A stretch of 64,000 nt of DNA from an uncultured Candidatus Saccharibacteria bacterium (lineage in GTDB: Bacteria > Patescibacteriota > Doudnabacteria > UBA920). This document shows, in pieces, positions 36,384-47,095 of this stretch. The notes under the pieces were generated by a model. That model saw only the letters and a list, made by a program, of their open reading frames with translations. It did no database searches and was not told where the DNA came from. The translations under genes were made by a program, and so were the position numbers. The stretch's first letter is position 1; the number at the start of each line of letters is the position of its first letter. The DNA lies in the NCBI GenBank assembly GCA_964631145.1, contig CAZVXT010000002.1:1140-65139 (forward strand), given 5' to 3'.

Positions 36384-38120
36384 ATGAAATTTTATATTGG
36401 ACAGTTAATTTCTGAGGCTATTAAACAAATTAGTCCTGAAGAAAGCGAAGCGATTTTATCTGCTGCTACTTTTGATGTGTCTTATCCAAAACCAGAGTTT
36501 GGTGACTATGCCAGCAATGCAGCTATGATGCTTTTCAAAAATTTTAATGTAAAACCTGCCTCAAACCCCGCAGAATTTGCCAAGTTGATTGCAAAAACTG
36601 CTTTTGAAATTGATAAAAATAAGACTTTTTCTAAAATTGAAAATGCAGGCGGTTTTATTAATTTTACTTTAGCTAATAGTTATTTGCTTTTTAATTTAAA
36701 TCAAATTTTAGAACAGAAAAATAATTTTGGACTGCAAGAAAAAAAGGATGGTGAAAAGATTCTATTAGAATATTTTCAGCCTAATGTTGCCAAGCCTCTT
36801 CATTTGGGTCATTTGGAAAATGGAATTTTTGGTGACAGCTTATTTAAGTTGTTAACAGCGACTGGTAAAATCGTTGAATCAGATACTCATCTAGGGGACT
36901 GGGGAACTCAGTTTGGTCTTTTGTTATTGGCTTTCAAAATGTGGGGAGATATGTCAGTTATCGAGCAGGATCCTATTGTTGAACTTAATAAATTATATGT
37001 AAAAATTAACCAAGAAATTGAAAGCAATCCCGGGCTTCGAGAACAAGGAAAAGCTGAATTTGTAAAGTTGGAGCAGGGTGATCAGCAAAACTATGATCTA
37101 TGGCAAAAATTTAAGGAATGGAGCTGGCAAGAATACGATTTTATGTATAAAGAGGTTGGTATAAGGCAAGCTGATCACGATTTCCCAGAAAGTTTTTATA
37201 TAGACTTGATGCCAAAAGTGTTAGACATGCTTAACTCAAAAGGTTTGCTTGTTCAGTCTGAGGGTGCACAAATTGTCAATTTAGAACAGTTTAATTTGGG
37301 TATTGCTGTTGTGGTAAAGTCCGATGGTGGTACAACATATCTGCTTCGCGATTTAGCCACTTATATTCACCGTAAAGAAATGGGTTTTGCTAAACAGTTT
37401 TATGTAGTTGATGTGCGCCAGTCTCATGCCTTGGCTCAGACATTTAAAATTTTACAGTTGTTAGGTGTTATTGATAATAATTTTGAAGCCAAACATATTG
37501 CTTACGGATTTTTAAAATTACCTGATGGTGCAATGAGTACTCGTAAGGGTACTGTTATCGGTGCCAAAGAGTTATATGAGGATGCGAGAGCTGCGTCTCT
37601 AAAAATTGTAGAACAAAAGAATCCAGATCTAGAAGATAAAGAAAGTGTATCTAAAATAATTGCAAATGCAGCGATAAAATATTTTATTTTATCGCGCAAT
37701 CTAAAAAACGATATTATTTTTGATAAAGAAAATTCTTTATCGTTTGAAGGAAACACTGGTCCTTATTTGCAGTATACTCATGCACGTATTTGTGGGATTA
37801 CCAGAAAGGTGGGGATAGAAGCTTCTAATATAAATCCTAGCTTTGATCAAATCAATACTAGCGAACAGTTAGTACTGAGAAAGCTACAGCAATATCAGGC
37901 AGTTGTTAATTCTGCGGCAGATAATTTCTTGCCAAACACCTTATGTTCTTATTTATTTGAATTGTCTCAAGATTTTAATAATTTTTATGAACATAACTCT
38001 GTGGTTAATGCTGATTCGGAAGGTTCAAAACAGCTTAGGTTGGCTATTTCTGTAGCCACTGCACAAGTTATAAAAAATGGTTTGGACTTATTGGGTATTA
38101 CTGCTCCACAACAGATGTAG
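36384..38120 (+). CDS. argS: Arginine--tRNA ligase
   Basis: FGDYASN, PNVAKPLHLGH, HLGDWGTQFG, MSTRKG and GPYLQYTHAR motifs. Confidence 0.97.
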   Translation: MKFYIGQLISEAIKQISPEESEAILSAATFDVSYPKPEFGDYASNAAMMLFKNFNVKPASNPAEFAKLIAKTAFEIDKNKTFSKIENAGGFINFTLANSYLLFNLNQILEQKNNFGLQEKKDGEKILLEYFQPNVAKPLHLGHLENGIFGDSLFKLLTATGKIVESDTHLGDWGTQFGLLLLAFKMWGDMSVIEQDPIVELNKLYVKINQEIESNPGLREQGKAEFVKLEQGDQQNYDLWQKFKEWSWQEYDFMYKEVGIRQADHDFPESFYIDLMPKVLDMLNSKGLLVQSEGAQIVNLEQFNLGIAVVVKSDGGTTYLLRDLATYIHRKEMGFAKQFYVVDVRQSHALAQTFKILQLLGVIDNNFEAKHIAYGFLKLPDGAMSTRKGTVIGAKELYEDARAASLKIVEQKNPDLEDKESVSKIIANAAIKYFILSRNLKNDIIFDKENSLSFEGNTGPYLQYTHARICGITRKVGIEASNINPSFDQINTSEQLVLRKLQQYQAVVNSAADNFLPNTLCSYLFELSQDFNNFYEHNSVVNADSEGSKQLRLAISVATAQVIKNGLDLLGITAPQQM

Positions 38121-38151
38121 TTTGATATTTAGCGTAATCACTAAGGTAAAA

Positions 38152-38249
38152 TAAAAAGTATTTGATAATATTTTCACTAGTCCTCGCTCTATAAATAAAT
38201 ATATAAATAGAGCTGCGGAATTCGTTCAAATATTATCAAATACTTTTTA
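38152..38249. repeat. Palindromic element, conserved-core family (copy C)
   Basis: 22-bp perfect outer stem unrelated in sequence to copy B; core identical except one base. Confidence 0.8.
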
Positions 38250-38258
38250 AAAGATTGC

Positions 38259-38553
38259 AAAAAAAGAAGCCGCTGCGATATTTATTTGATCGCTAGCGGC
38301 TTTTGTCTACCCATTGGTAGACTGCGTCGAATTAGACAAGCGGTATTTCCGTATGCAGACTGTCTGCACTGTGCCCAATTGCACCGGCATCCGTTTGGCG
38401 TATCTATAGCCGGCAGTGTTCGCGGGCGAATCCGCTTCTCTTTTTATCGAAAGGGAACGTGGTTACAAGGAGCATTATAATCGCCGGCTAATATGGCGGC
38501 ATCTTCGCCGATCTTGTACCACATATTAGAATTTGTTCCCCCTTCATCGAAGG
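38259..38553 (-). ncRNA. Candidate ~295-nt structured ncRNA of unknown class
   Basis: Own promoter and terminator; 52% GC over 38341-38520 by hand count; nested stems and a 7-bp pseudoknot; only a 26-codon ORF follows the promoter. Confidence 0.6.
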
Positions 38554-38557
38554 AAAT

Positions 38558-38586
38558 ATAATATCATAATAACAAGGTTTTGTCAA
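38558..38586 (-). promoter_or_regulatory. Sigma70 promoter of the candidate ncRNA
   Basis: Minus strand TTGACA-17-TATTAT with extended TG. Confidence 0.75.
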
Positions 38587-38689
38587 CTGTGTATTGAGTT
38601 CTTTGAGAGAATCTATTTTATATAATCCAAAAAATAAAAAATTGTCACGATGGTAAATTTATTGTAAAATTAAGAAACTATAATTAAAT

Positions 38690-41680
38690 ATGTCTGATAT
38701 ACATATGAATACACAAGAATCAGAAACAAAAGCACCTGTTTCTAATAATCCAGATTTTGCAAAACTAGAACAAGAGGTTTTGGAAGGTTGGAAAAAAGAC
38801 AAAATTTTTGAAGAATCTCTTCATAAAACTAAAAACGGTAAGCCTTATATTTTTTATGATGGACCACCGTTTGCTACGGGGACTCCGCATTATGGACATT
38901 TATTAGGATCTACTGTTAAAGACGTTTTTGGGCGTTACCAAACTATGAATGGACGATTTGTGCGCCGTGTTTGGGGTTGGGATTGTCACGGTTTGCCAAT
39001 CGAAAATATAGTAGAGCAAAAATTACAAATTTCTGGCAAGAAGCAAATTGAAGAACTCGGCGTTGATAAATTTAATGCAGAATGTCGTACTAATGTTTTA
39101 ACTTATGTAGATGCATGGGGTGATATGATCGAGCGCATGGGTCGCTGGGTTGATTTTGACAATTCTTACAAGACCATGGATACCAAATTTATGGAAAGTG
39201 TTTGGTGGGGTCTAAAACAAATTTGGGATAAAGGATTGATCTACGAAGATAATAAAGTTTTGATGTATTGTAGCAGGTGTCAAACACCGGTTAGCAATTT
39301 TGAAGTGGCAATGGACAACAGTTATAAAGATGTCACCGAAAACTCTGTCTTTGTAAAATTTAAATTACTGTCTCGCCAGCGCATTGTAGATGACTTAATT
39401 GATGATAAAACTTATGTATTGGCTTGGACTACTACTCCATGGACTCTGCCTGGTAATACTGCGCTAAATATCGGCGGTGATATTGCCTATGTTATGGTAG
39501 AAAATAATGGCGAAAATTATATTTTAGCCAAAGATAGACTAGAAGTATTAGAGGGCGAGTACGAAGTTAAAGCAGAATTTACAGCTAGATCTTTGGAGGG
39601 TTTAAGCTATGAACCTCTCTATGCCGGAGTAATTGATAATCCAGATGGGACTGCTCATAAAATTTATATTGAAGATTATGTTACAACAGAAGACGGTACT
39701 GGTGTTGTGCATAATGCAGCGATGTATGGTGAAGAAGATTATGAAGCAGCAAAGCGCCGAAATCTTCCAAAGCAACATATATTGGATAACTCGGGAAATT
39801 ATACAGATCGTGTTCCAGAATATTTGCGAGGTTTGTTCTTTAAAGATGCAGACAAAGTCGTTTTAAAAGATTTGCAAAGTAAGCAGTTGGTTTACAAAAT
39901 TTTTGCTAATACTCATAGTTATCCTCACTGTTGGCGATGTAGTACTCCTTTGTACTACAGTGCTTTGCCGGCATGGTTTATTAATATTCAAAAGATAAAA
40001 TCTCGTCTATTAGAATTAAACCAAAATATTAATTGGTATCCAGGTCATTTGCGCGATGGACGTTTTGCCAAATCTGTAGAAACAGCTCCGGATTGGAATA
40101 TTTCTCGCAACCGTTATTGGGCAACAGCGTTGCCATTTTGGAAGTGCCAAACTTCTGGATGTAATAATCAAGTTTGTGTGGGTTCTGTTTCTGAACTAAA
40201 ACAGAAGTCGGTAAACTTTGATGAAGTTTATCCTAACTATCAAGCAAATAACCTAAACGCATTGGATTTGCACAAGCCATACATTGATCAAGTAAAGTTG
40301 TCTTGTGAAAGTTGTGGCGGCAAGATGAGTCGTGTTCCAGAAGTTGTAGATTGTTGGGTAGAGAGCGGCTCTATGCCTTTTGCGGAGCTTCATTATCCAT
40401 TTGAAAATCAAGAATTGTTTGCCAGTCGTTACCCAGCAGATTTTGTAGCAGAATACATAGCTCAAACCAGGGCGTGGTTTTATGTTATGCATGTAATAGG
40501 TACGATTATCTTTGATAAAGAGCCATTTAAGAATGTGGTAACAACAGGTAATATTTTGGCAGAAGATGGTAGTAAAATGAGCAAGAGTAAAAAGAATTAT
40601 CCTGACCCACAATTATTGATTGATAGCTATGGTATAGATCCAATGCGTTTTTACATGATGTCTGCTCCGGTAATGAATGCTGATGATCTTAGTTTTTCTG
40701 AAAAAGGTGTTGCAGAAATTAATCGCAAGTTGTCATTGATTTTATTTAATGTATGGCAATTCTTTAGAATGTATTCTTCAGAAAAAGTTAGTTTAGCCGA
40801 ACCTTCAGCAAATCATGTGTTGGATCAGTGGGTTTTAGCTCATTTAAAGCAAACCCAAATTGAAGTTACTAAACAATTAGATGCTTATAATACTGTCAAA
40901 GCATGTCGTGCTATCCAAGATTTTGTCACTCAACTATCTACTTGGTATGTGCGTCGCAGTCGCGATCGCATTAAGCAAGGCGGTGAGGCTGGTAAGCAAG
41001 CTTTACAAGTATTTGGTTATACGTTAGTTGAACTGACAAAGTTACTCGCTCCAATAATGCCTTTTATCGCAGAAAGATTGTACCAAGATTTAACTGGTAA
41101 TAAATCTGTTCATTTAGAGTCATGGAGTAAGGTTGAAAGTTTTGATCAGCAGTTATTGCAAGATATGGAAAGTATGAGATCTTTAGTCGAGTTAGGTTTA
41201 TCTCTTCGTAAAGAGCATAATCTTAAACTTAGACAGCCTTTAGCGGTATTACAATACGCTTTGCCTGATAGTGCAAATATATCTGATCAACTAAAAAATA
41301 TTCTTTTAGAAGAATTAAATGTAAAAGCTGTGAAGTTAATAGATGTCGATGTTGAAGATGGTTTTGTAGAAAAAGCTGATAATGGTATGGTGGTTAGATT
41401 AGATACAAAATTAACCCCAGAGTTAGAGCAAGAGGGGTTAGCTAGAGAAATTGAACGCCAGATTCAAGATCTCCGCAAGAAGAGTGGTTTGAAAATTGGA
41501 CAACAAGTTGTGCTTTATTACAATTCTTCTGATGAAGACATTGCTGCTGCTCTAAGTTTAGTAGACAAACAAAAAACTTTTATTACAGATATCAAGGTTG
41601 ACCCAGAAGTTGAAGCTGATTACGAAGCTCAGGTGGTTGTAAACAGTAAACCTTTATGGATTGGATTGAGTCTGGTTTAA
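38690..41680 (+). CDS. ileS: Isoleucine--tRNA ligase (type 2)
   Basis: DGPPFATGTPHYGH, GWDCHGLPIE, DWNISRNRYW and KMSKS motifs. Confidence 0.97.
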   Translation: MSDIHMNTQESETKAPVSNNPDFAKLEQEVLEGWKKDKIFEESLHKTKNGKPYIFYDGPPFATGTPHYGHLLGSTVKDVFGRYQTMNGRFVRRVWGWDCHGLPIENIVEQKLQISGKKQIEELGVDKFNAECRTNVLTYVDAWGDMIERMGRWVDFDNSYKTMDTKFMESVWWGLKQIWDKGLIYEDNKVLMYCSRCQTPVSNFEVAMDNSYKDVTENSVFVKFKLLSRQRIVDDLIDDKTYVLAWTTTPWTLPGNTALNIGGDIAYVMVENNGENYILAKDRLEVLEGEYEVKAEFTARSLEGLSYEPLYAGVIDNPDGTAHKIYIEDYVTTEDGTGVVHNAAMYGEEDYEAAKRRNLPKQHILDNSGNYTDRVPEYLRGLFFKDADKVVLKDLQSKQLVYKIFANTHSYPHCWRCSTPLYYSALPAWFINIQKIKSRLLELNQNINWYPGHLRDGRFAKSVETAPDWNISRNRYWATALPFWKCQTSGCNNQVCVGSVSELKQKSVNFDEVYPNYQANNLNALDLHKPYIDQVKLSCESCGGKMSRVPEVVDCWVESGSMPFAELHYPFENQELFASRYPADFVAEYIAQTRAWFYVMHVIGTIIFDKEPFKNVVTTGNILAEDGSKMSKSKKNYPDPQLLIDSYGIDPMRFYMMSAPVMNADDLSFSEKGVAEINRKLSLILFNVWQFFRMYSSEKVSLAEPSANHVLDQWVLAHLKQTQIEVTKQLDAYNTVKACRAIQDFVTQLSTWYVRRSRDRIKQGGEAGKQALQVFGYTLVELTKLLAPIMPFIAERLYQDLTGNKSVHLESWSKVESFDQQLLQDMESMRSLVELGLSLRKEHNLKLRQPLAVLQYALPDSANISDQLKNILLEELNVKAVKLIDVDVEDGFVEKADNGMVVRLDTKLTPELEQEGLAREIERQIQDLRKKSGLKIGQQVVLYYNSSDEDIAAALSLVDKQKTFITDIKVDPEVEADYEAQVVVNSKPLWIGLSLV

Positions 41681-41718
41681 AATATAAAAAACTTCCCAAA
41701 CGGGAAGTTTTTTATATT
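41681..41718. terminator. Terminator after ileS
   Basis: AATATAAAAAACTTCCC-AAAC-GGGAAGTTTTTTATATT. Confidence 0.8.
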
Positions 41719-41775
41719 AAGACGCATCACTCGATAAAATTTATAGTTACATAACTATTTTGATATAATATACAT

Positions 41776-42480
41776 ATGCAAGCTAAAGATTTAATGACAA
41801 CTAAAGTAGTGACCGTGACTCCAGATACTCTTGTAAGTGAAGTGGCAGAAATCATGCACAAGTATCATTACAGTGGGTTGCCTGTTGTAAATGCAGATAA
41901 TCATGTTTTAGGTACGATCTCAGAAAGAGATTTTATTACTTCTGATTCTAATTTATACTTACCAACATATATCCAGATGCTTTCCAATATGGATTATGTT
42001 CAAGGTGCACATAAAAAATTGCCTTATGTGGTAGAACAGGTTGTTAATGCTAAAGCTAAAGATATTATGAATCAAAGTGTCCCTTTTGCTAGACCTGACA
42101 CTAGTATAGAAGACTTGGCTCGTATGTTTGGTGAGCAAAGAGCAAATCCTATACCAGTTACAGATAGCTCTAATCTATTGTTGGGTATTATTTCTCGTAG
42201 TGACCTGATTAAATTCTTTTCTCCATCAGAAGTAAGATCTACTTATGTCCCAGATACTCGACCTATCCCAAAAGAAAGATTAATTGATACTCAAGTTAAA
42301 TTTACTGAAAGCCATTTTTTAAAAAACTTTGCTTATATTGCAAAAGCCAAAGCAAATATTTGGTTAACAGCAACAGTTGTTTTGGTTTTGGTGGCATTTT
42401 TAGCAGGTGTGTTTTATGTCGCAGATCCTTTTGTTTTTGGTAAAAGCAATACTCCAAGCTCGCAAACAAAAAAACCATGA
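41776..42480 (+). CDS. CBS-pair protein with C-terminal TM
   Basis: AKDLMT...GLPVV...GTISERD and AKDIM...GIISRSD. Confidence 0.88.
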   Translation: MQAKDLMTTKVVTVTPDTLVSEVAEIMHKYHYSGLPVVNADNHVLGTISERDFITSDSNLYLPTYIQMLSNMDYVQGAHKKLPYVVEQVVNAKAKDIMNQSVPFARPDTSIEDLARMFGEQRANPIPVTDSSNLLLGIISRSDLIKFFSPSEVRSTYVPDTRPIPKERLIDTQVKFTESHFLKNFAYIAKAKANIWLTATVVLVLVAFLAGVFYVADPFVFGKSNTPSSQTKKP

Positions 42481-43196
42481 TGGATTTAAACTGCCAAGGT
42501 TTTTTGATTAAGCAACAAGATTTAGGCGAAGCTGATAAGCTTTGCACTTTTTTTACGCTCGAAAATGGAAAGTTTAGAGCCGTTGCAAAAAGCGTGAAAA
42601 AAATGCAAAGCAAGTTGGCGGGAAGTTTGCAATATGGACAATTGATCTCTCTCCAAACTGCAGGGAGATCCTCGCTTCCGACTATTATTGGTGCTTCGGT
42701 TTTAGAAAGTTATGATTCACTTCAAAACAATTATTTGTGTAGTTTAATATGGTTTGCTGTTGCAGAGATCATAAATATTTTGGTTGTAGATGGGCAAGAG
42801 CAGGAAAGACTGTTTAACTTTACGAAGGTATTTTTAAACAACCTTAACAATATAGATCAAAAAAAACAAGCTATGAATTTGCTAACTTGGTTTATAATTA
42901 TTGCCCTAGATTTAACCGGCTTTGGTATTAAGCAGTTAGAAAATCCGGCTCAGCAGATTTATTTTAGTTTAAGTGCTGGAGGTTTTGTAAATTCCTATGA
43001 AGATGGGGGAGTTTTGATAGATAAAACTGATTATCAAAAGTTTATTTCGCTTTTAGATTACAATAATTTTCACCCAGAAATTTTGTTTTCTATTTCGCTT
43101 TTACAACTAGTCGTCAAATTTACTGAATTTCAATTTGATAAGAAGCTAAAATCATTAAATATATTGCTATCGTGGTATAATGATAATAAAGAATAG
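42477..43196 (+). CDS. recO: DNA repair protein RecO
   Basis: DLGEADKLCTFFT.ENGKFRAVAKSVKK..SKLAGSL. Confidence 0.9.
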   Translation: MMDLNCQGFLIKQQDLGEADKLCTFFTLENGKFRAVAKSVKKMQSKLAGSLQYGQLISLQTAGRSSLPTIIGASVLESYDSLQNNYLCSLIWFAVAEIINILVVDGQEQERLFNFTKVFLNNLNNIDQKKQAMNLLTWFIIIALDLTGFGIKQLENPAQQIYFSLSAGGFVNSYEDGGVLIDKTDYQKFISLLDYNNFHPEILFSISLLQLVVKFTEFQFDKKLKSLNILLSWYNDNKE

Positions 43197-43215
43197 TAAT
43201 TAGTTTTCATATCTT

Positions 43216-45024
43216 ATGGCTGATTTTGAACCACAAGAAGTAAAGGGTCCTAGCAAAAATCCTACACAAGAAAATATAATAACACCAGCTGAGCCTTCAG
43301 AGTTTTCTTTGCCTGTTAGTAGAGCTTCTAGAATTAAGCAGTTTTACTCTGATAATAAATGGTATGTTTGGGCAATTATCGCTGGGCTATTAATTATCGC
43401 TGGTTTGGCGGTATATGCTTTTTATCCACGTAAAGTAGAGCGCACCCAGGAAGCAAAAGTACAGATTGATATAAGTAGTCCAGAAACAGTAGCTACTGGA
43501 GGAGAAGTGGTTTATAAAATTCGAGTTCAAAACAATGACAGTGCTAAGTTGACCGATATGCATTTGGAATTAGTTTATGATACTGGCATGTCGTATGTTA
43601 CAAGTAGTCCTAAGTCAGAAAATTTATCAGGCACGCAGTTTAATGTACCAGATTTATCAAGTGGACAAAACGCAGTAGTGATTGTAAAAACTTTGGCTCA
43701 AGGCAATGTAAATGATCAAAAACGTTTAGTGGTGAGGTTAAATTATAGATTTGAAAATTTCAACTCTCCTTTTGTTACAGAGCAATCTTCAACTGTTCGA
43801 TTAATTGCTGCTGATGTTAATCTGGATATCAATGGACCTGATAAGGTGAATAATGGAGATACGGTAAAATACGACATCTTCTACCGAAATAATTCTAAAA
43901 AAGATATTGATAATGCAAGAATTCAACTAACATATCCAGAAGGTTTTAGTTTTGATTCTAGTACACCGCAACCATCATTGGGTAATAATATTTGGAATGT
44001 GGGCTCTATAAAATCTCAAACAAGTGGAAAGATCTCACTTCAAGGTGTATTTAAGGGTGCAAAGGCTGGTCAAAAGTCCGATTTCAAAGCAGAATTTTTG
44101 GTTATTGATGACAGTGGAAATTTTTACACTCAATCCAGCGTTACTAATGAAATTGAAATTCAGGATCAACCATTAGTTGTAGAACAAAAATTTATTGACA
44201 ATAATGGGGGTATTGTAAAACCCGGTGATAGTGTCACTGTCGAAATTAGCTTCCGAAATAATACTTCAATAGCTAATACAGGCGTTCAGCTAGTTGCTCA
44301 AATTGACTCTAATAGTGTTGTTGCTTCATCTATTCAGGCAGAATCAGCTTATGTTCAAGATAAAACTATTACTTGGAATGGGTCTTCATTAGGAATCTTA
44401 GAAAGCCTTAACTCGGCAGATGAAGGCAAGGTGCGATATACGTTTACAGTTGCAAACCCTGCAAGTAAACTTGATACTAATATTACAATTAGTAATAAGA
44501 TTAAAATTAAATCTAATCAAAATACTACATTTATAAACGGCTCTCCAATTTCGGTTAAAGTTTCTAGTCCGTCGACAATGTCCGGTAAGGCAGAATATTC
44601 TTCTGGTCAAAACCCTCCTCAGGTAGGAAAATCTTCTAGTTATAAAGTTGCTTTATCTTTAACAAATTCTAGCAATGATTATCGAGAGGGTGTTGTGATC
44701 GCATATGTTCCTGTTGGTGTGACATTAGATGCTGCTACAATTTCTAATCAAGAAAAGAATTTGGTTAAATATGATTCTTCTACAGGAAAACTGGTTTGGT
44801 CCTTAGGCAAACTTTCTGCTTATAGCGGGGTAGGACAATCTCCAAGAACGTTAACTTTTAATGTTAAATTTACACCCGGAAGCAATCAGGTAGGAAAAGA
44901 AGTTGTATTATTAAAGACAATAACATTTACAGCTAAAGATGATTTTACCGATCAAAATATTAACCTTGATACGCAAGATTTAAGCTCTGATACTGGCAAT
45001 GGAAATGGACGAGTGATCCAATAA
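43216..45024 (+). CDS. Membrane-anchored multi-Ig-fold (DUF11-like) surface protein
   Basis: N-terminal TM; repeated GD.V.Y.I...N modules. Confidence 0.8.
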   Translation: MADFEPQEVKGPSKNPTQENIITPAEPSEFSLPVSRASRIKQFYSDNKWYVWAIIAGLLIIAGLAVYAFYPRKVERTQEAKVQIDISSPETVATGGEVVYKIRVQNNDSAKLTDMHLELVYDTGMSYVTSSPKSENLSGTQFNVPDLSSGQNAVVIVKTLAQGNVNDQKRLVVRLNYRFENFNSPFVTEQSSTVRLIAADVNLDINGPDKVNNGDTVKYDIFYRNNSKKDIDNARIQLTYPEGFSFDSSTPQPSLGNNIWNVGSIKSQTSGKISLQGVFKGAKAGQKSDFKAEFLVIDDSGNFYTQSSVTNEIEIQDQPLVVEQKFIDNNGGIVKPGDSVTVEISFRNNTSIANTGVQLVAQIDSNSVVASSIQAESAYVQDKTITWNGSSLGILESLNSADEGKVRYTFTVANPASKLDTNITISNKIKIKSNQNTTFINGSPISVKVSSPSTMSGKAEYSSGQNPPQVGKSSSYKVALSLTNSSNDYREGVVIAYVPVGVTLDAATISNQEKNLVKYDSSTGKLVWSLGKLSAYSGVGQSPRTLTFNVKFTPGSNQVGKEVVLLKTITFTAKDDFTDQNINLDTQDLSSDTGNGNGRVIQ

Positions 45025-45128
45025 CATAAAAACACCTCTTAAACTAAGAGGTGTTTTTTTGATTGACTATTTATTGTATTTGTATTAAAATAATAAGCTT
45101 TAAGCATAAAATTTTAGGAGGAAAAATT

Positions 45129-45779
45129 ATGTGGTATTTTTTAGCTTTCATGTCAGGGGTTGTCTTTACTTCGGCAATATTTTTTGCTATTAAATCAAAA
45201 AGAAAAAATGAGATTATTAAAGCGATAGAGAAATTAGATCAGCCGGATCCAAATGATTTCGTTAACCCAGATTTTAATATGGAAGAACCTCTGCTGTTGG
45301 TGTGGAATTTATTTAATCGTGAATATAAAATGAAAAGATTTTTTTCTTATAAAATATTTGATGATAACAGAATCAATTGGGATATGTTGGCTACTTTAGA
45401 GACTAGGGAAATTGCTCGATGCGAAAATTTTGACTTAGCAGTTGTAAAGAATCATATGGATCGTGCAGTGTGTGCTATGGCTAGATCGGGTTTTAGTTTG
45501 CACGAATATCAATCAATTTACAATGAAGCCTTATATTATTATATTCGCCAACAGATTAAATATTTTGAAAAATTTGATTTATCCGAAGATAATAGCAATA
45601 AAAAATCTACCAAGATTGATAACGCTACTATGAGGCAAATTATTGGAAATATTAATTTGATGACTGGTGATGATAATTACGGTCTTGATCAGATATACAA
45701 ACATTTTTCTGTAGAAAACTATAAAGAAACGCTCCGTGATATTATTGGCATGCTCAAAAAAGCTCAACCACAAATATGA
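45129..45779 (+). CDS. Hypothetical protein with N-terminal TM
   Basis: TTGACT-17-TAAAAT promoter and AGGAGG SD; start moved to ATG 45129. Confidence 0.7.
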   Translation: MWYFLAFMSGVVFTSAIFFAIKSKRKNEIIKAIEKLDQPDPNDFVNPDFNMEEPLLLVWNLFNREYKMKRFFSYKIFDDNRINWDMLATLETREIARCENFDLAVVKNHMDRAVCAMARSGFSLHEYQSIYNEALYYYIRQQIKYFEKFDLSEDNSNKKSTKIDNATMRQIIGNINLMTGDDNYGLDQIYKHFSVENYKETLRDIIGMLKKAQPQI

Positions 45780-45871
45780 TTTATTAATCCAGGCAGTTAT
45801 AAGCTTGGATTTTTATTTTGTATAAATAGCTAATAAAAAACTACTAGATGCAATCTAGTAGTTTTAATTTT

Positions 45872-47095
45872 TTATGGATGGATAATTCCTTTAATTCTGG
45901 AATCGTCTATATCTAGTACGCGGTGAGTAGTAATAAACAATCCTTCATAATTCCATTCGCTAATATAAACTTGGTCGCCAACAACTTTTTCTATATAAGC
46001 AACGTGTCCATATCTGCGATTTTCATTTGTTACTAAGATGGCTCCAGCGGCAGGGTTCTTATCTACAGTGGCACCGTATGCCTTAGAGTTTGCAATCCAT
46101 TGGTTAGCGTTTCCGCCCCATTTAATACCTGCAACTTTTCTTGCAACATAATCTGTACAATATCCAGCAGCAAATTTATGGTTTCCGCTAACGCTTTGTG
46201 CTTTAGGAATGGCTGGTTTAAATTTAGCCGGAGTTTGTTGTTGATTATCAGTTGGCTTTTGTGGCTTAGGTTTTTCTTGAGGAAGGCTGCCACCAGGAAT
46301 TATTAAGTATTCGCCCAAATCAACGTTATCTTCTTCATCTTCTAAACCGTTATACGAAACTATTTTTTTGATATCAGCGTTATAAGTTTTTGCGATATCA
46401 GTTAAAGTTAAGTTTGGGTTACTGTATTGAACAACGATACCATCAATAGGGGGTATTATTAACTGCCATCCAGGCTTTAATGCATTATTCGGTAAGCTGT
46501 TAGTTTCTCTAATTGTTTTTGGAGTAACTTTAAACTTTTCTGCAACAGTGTAAACAGTATCAAAAGGTTGTGTCTCATAAACTTGAACTTGTCTACTAAC
46601 TAACTTTTGTATACTGTCTGGATTTGATTTACTTATCCCACTATCGTCAATAGTTGCTTCTGCGATCAAGTTGTTTTGTTCTGTAGAAGATAAGACTTGG
46701 TTAAAGTCACTTGCTTCTGCTTGAGAGAAGATTCCTTCAGAGCTGATAGTGGTTCTGATAGAATTTTGTTTATCAGCTAACTGAGGGTTTAAGCTTTGGT
46801 GTCCTTGCAAAAAATTATTTGCTAAACTTTTATCCAAATAATCTATTTTAGATTTTATTGGGTTAAATGCTATTAAGTTTGAAATTGCTACTACGGCAAC
46901 AATTGCAATAACTAATAATTCGCTAGAAAAGTTTAAACCAAAATCTAAAATATCGAATTTATGTTTTACCTGAACTGATGGGTAATGATTAGTGTAAGCT
47001 TTGCCTAAAAATGGTTGCTTACGTTTTATCAAATGCCAAATCTTTTTAAAATAATATTGGATCATAAACCAATATAATTTTATTTGTTTGTACAA
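45872..47095 (-). CDS. LysM x2 plus CHAP peptidoglycan hydrolase
   Basis: Two LysM-like repeats; GYCTDYV...WGGNANQW...GHVAYIE...ISEWN. Confidence 0.9.
   Translation of the reverse strand: MYKQIKLYWFMIQYYFKKIWHLIKRKQPFLGKAYTNHYPSVQVKHKFDILDFGLNFSSELLVIAIVAVVAISNLIAFNPIKSKIDYLDKSLANNFLQGHQSLNPQLADKQNSIRTTISSEGIFSQAEASDFNQVLSSTEQNNLIAEATIDDSGISKSNPDSIQKLVSRQVQVYETQPFDTVYTVAEKFKVTPKTIRETNSLPNNALKPGWQLIIPPIDGIVVQYSNPNLTLTDIAKTYNADIKKIVSYNGLEDEEDNVDLGEYLIIPGGSLPQEKPKPQKPTDNQQQTPAKFKPAIPKAQSVSGNHKFAAGYCTDYVARKVAGIKWGGNANQWIANSKAYGATVDKNPAAGAILVTNENRRYGHVAYIEKVVGDQVYISEWNYEGLFITTHRVLDIDDSRIKGIIHP

Noticed and set aside
38286-38480. 64-aa + strand ORF from the track
   Set aside because: TTG start inside a terminator hairpin, no RBS or promoter, antisense to a better-supported unit.
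38259-38690. T-box leader for ileS, RNase P RNA, SRP RNA or group II intron domain V
   Set aside because: No T-box UGGNACC antiterminator, GAGGAAAGUCC, SRP helix-8 motif or complete domain V; promoter and terminator point away from ileS.
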